Source: Nitrososphaerota archaeon (lineage in GTDB: Archaea; Thermoproteota; Nitrososphaeria; Nitrososphaerales; UBA57). From it: DNA of 6,130 nt. The stretch lies in contig PAVW01000007.1 of NCBI GenBank assembly GCA_002713205.1, forward strand, positions 1-6,130. Direction: 5' to 3'. The notes under the pieces were generated by a model. The model was given only the letters and a program-made list of their open reading frames with translations, was not told the DNA's origin and ran no database searches. The translations under genes were made by a program, and so were the position numbers. Of the stretch, positions 5,733 through 6,130 are shown in pieces; position 1 is the first letter of the stretch; every line of letters starts with the position of its first letter.

Positions 5733-5833
5733 TGCGGGAGATGGGATTTGAACCCATGAACTCCTAAGAGACGAAGTATTTCTAGATTCACTACCTGAAC
5801 CTCGCGCCGTTGACCGGGCTGGGCGACCCCCGC
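5733..5833 (-). tRNA. tRNA-Leu (anticodon CAG), class II with a long variable arm and a 16-nt intron at 37/38; no encoded CCA
   Basis: Hand-folded minus strand. Acceptor GCGGGGG/CUCCCGC (one G-U) plus discriminator A. D-arm GCC-CAGCCCGGUCAAC-GGC. Anticodon stem CGAGG/CUUCG. Loop UUCAGG[intron]A gives anticodon CAG with G37. 14-nt variable arm UCUCUUAGGAGUUC (CUC/GAG stem). T-arm AUGGG-UUCAAAU-CCCAU. Length is 101 nt, or 85 nt spliced. Confidence 0.88.
5778..5793 (-). other. Canonical-position (37/38) tRNA intron, 16 nt (UAGUGAAUCUAGAAAU), in tRNA-Leu
   Basis: Removing it restores a 7-nt anticodon loop and a 5-bp stem. Relaxed bulge-helix-bulge: 3' bulge AU|A next to the anticodon stem; central UUCA/AGAA (3 Watson-Crick pairs plus an A.A mismatch); 5' bulge GG|U; short inner helix AG/CU. 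The junction could be off by 1 nt. Confidence 0.7.
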
Positions 5834-5855
5834 AATAAATATTTTATAAAATTAT

Positions 5856-5863
5856 CTTATTAA
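5856..5863 (-). promoter_or_regulatory. Candidate TATA-like box (TTAATAAG on the minus strand) for tRNA-Leu
   Basis: The 5' edge lies 30 nt upstream of the tRNA 5' end (5833). Evidence is weak because the spacer is almost pure A/T. Confidence 0.25.
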
Positions 5864-6029
5864 GAAATTTCTATTTAAAAAAAAATTAAAAAAATATTTT
5901 ATTAACATAAAATAAATTTAATTTATAAGGTCAATATGTTAAGAAGTACTTTCATTTAAAGATTATTATTAATTGGTTAACTGCTATTATTTAAATACAA
6001 AAAATCCATTTAAAAATTGGAGAATTATT

Positions 6030-6130
6030 TTGGCAACAAAAAAGAAACGTGCAGCTCCTAAACGTAAAGCTGCTGTAAAAAGAAAGGCAGCTCCTAAACG
6101 TAAAGCTGCTGTAAAAAGAAAGGCAGCTCC
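6030..6130 (+). CDS. Partial CDS (N-terminus only; runs off the right window edge): highly basic Lys/Ala/Pro-rich repeat protein, possibly a histone-H1-tail-like nucleic-acid-binding protein
   Basis: Absent from the ORF track (edge-truncated, non-ATG start). From TTG 6030: (M)ATKKKR-AAPKRKAAVKRK-AAPKRKAAVKRK-AAP... Third codon positions in the repeat are 11/12 A/T and first positions 10/12 purine, as expected for genuine coding in this genome. GGAG lies 7 nt upstream of the TTG. An in-frame TAA sits at 5970..5972 and there is no in-frame ATG. Caveat: a minus-strand frame through the repeat is also open. Confidence 0.55.
   Translation, partial: MATKKKRAAPKRKAAVKRKAAPKRKAAVKRKAA
6051..6130. 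repeat. 36-bp perfect tandem repeat GCAGCTCCTAAACGTAAAGCTGCTGTAAAAAGAAAG: 2 full copies plus 8 nt of a third; truncated by the window edge
   Basis: Direct reading: 6051-6086 and 6087-6122 are identical at every base, and 6123-6130 restarts the unit. The period is a multiple of 3. Confidence 0.95.

Noticed and set aside
1995-5833. Genomic island or integrated element hypothesis: a three-gene block bracketed by two same-strand tRNA genes
   Set aside because: There is no integrase or recombinase gene, no duplicated partial tRNA 3' segment (att-like direct repeat) that I could find, and no visible compositional shift relative to the flanks. The cargo looks metabolic or housekeeping.
5912-5926. 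Perfect 7-1-7 palindrome ATAAATT-T-AATTTAT, the TTTTATAAAA palindrome at 5842..5851, and A-tracts in the 196-bp spacer, considered as possible origin, ORB or operator elements
   Set aside because: The spacer is almost entirely A/T, where such palindromes arise readily by chance. There is no repeated ORB-like motif and no cdc6/orc1 gene nearby.
5973-6029. Upstream TTG at 5973 as an alternative start of the basic repeat protein
   Set aside because: It would add MVNCYYLNTKNPFKNWRIIL, encoded by near-pure A/T spacer that contains the putative promoter elements. TTG 6030 has the GGAG at appropriate spacing. The question remains unresolved without 5'-end data.
585-6029. C/D-box sRNAs or other small RNAs in the intergenic spacers (585..687, 2092..2196, 5834..6029)
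   Set aside because: I looked for RUGAUGA and CUGA box pairs on both strands of the spacers and found none. The only TGATGA strings lie inside coding sequence (about 4016 and about 5199).
5990-6130. Minus-strand reading of the 36-bp repeat (AAFLFTAALRLG... ending at a TAA near 5990), with the A9/A7 tracts at 5877..5894 acting as minus-strand oligo-T terminators
   Set aside because: Not fully excluded. The plus frame shows the stronger purine-first, AT-third codon pattern. It encodes a well-precedented basic repeat protein and has a start codon with an upstream GGAG right at the repeat boundary. It is therefore called plus with only moderate confidence.

Overview
The window is very AT-rich and looks archaeal: two intron-containing tRNA genes with archaeal-type cloverleaves, TATA-like boxes about 30 nt upstream of start codons, and no Shine-Dalgarno dependence for most genes. 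The composition, an LLM/F420-type oxidoreductase and a non-canonical tRNA intron fit an ammonia-oxidising thaumarchaeon (Nitrosopumilales-like). That placement is inference and needs a database search. Gene order, left to right: (1) minus-strand partial CDS 1..584, missing from the ORF track because the window edge truncates it, encoding a membrane-anchored coiled-coil protein ending in a perfect (PAPAA)n repeat; (2) msrA; (3) a luciferase-like (LLM) oxidoreductase; (4) tRNA-Val(GAC), minus strand, with a 22-nt intron in the D-loop; (5) a small XRE-type HTH regulator; (6) a polytopic-membrane / spermidine-synthase-like fusion protein; (7) a dihydrolipoyl-dehydrogenase-type flavoprotein; (8) tRNA-Leu(CAG), minus strand, with a 16-nt intron at the canonical 37/38 position; (9) a partial plus-strand ORF with a TTG start encoding a Lys/Ala/Pro-rich protein built from perfect 36-bp repeats. 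I see no CRISPR array, integrase, transposase, toxin-antitoxin pair or recognisable defence genes. The items most worth follow-up are the D-loop intron with a near-ideal bulge-helix-bulge, the sequence block shared by the two introns, the atypical membrane-fused SpeE-like enzyme tightly linked to a regulator and a disulfide reductase, and the two perfect in-frame tandem repeats at the window edges. No homology search or RNA folding was run. All calls rest on reading motifs and hand-checking frames.
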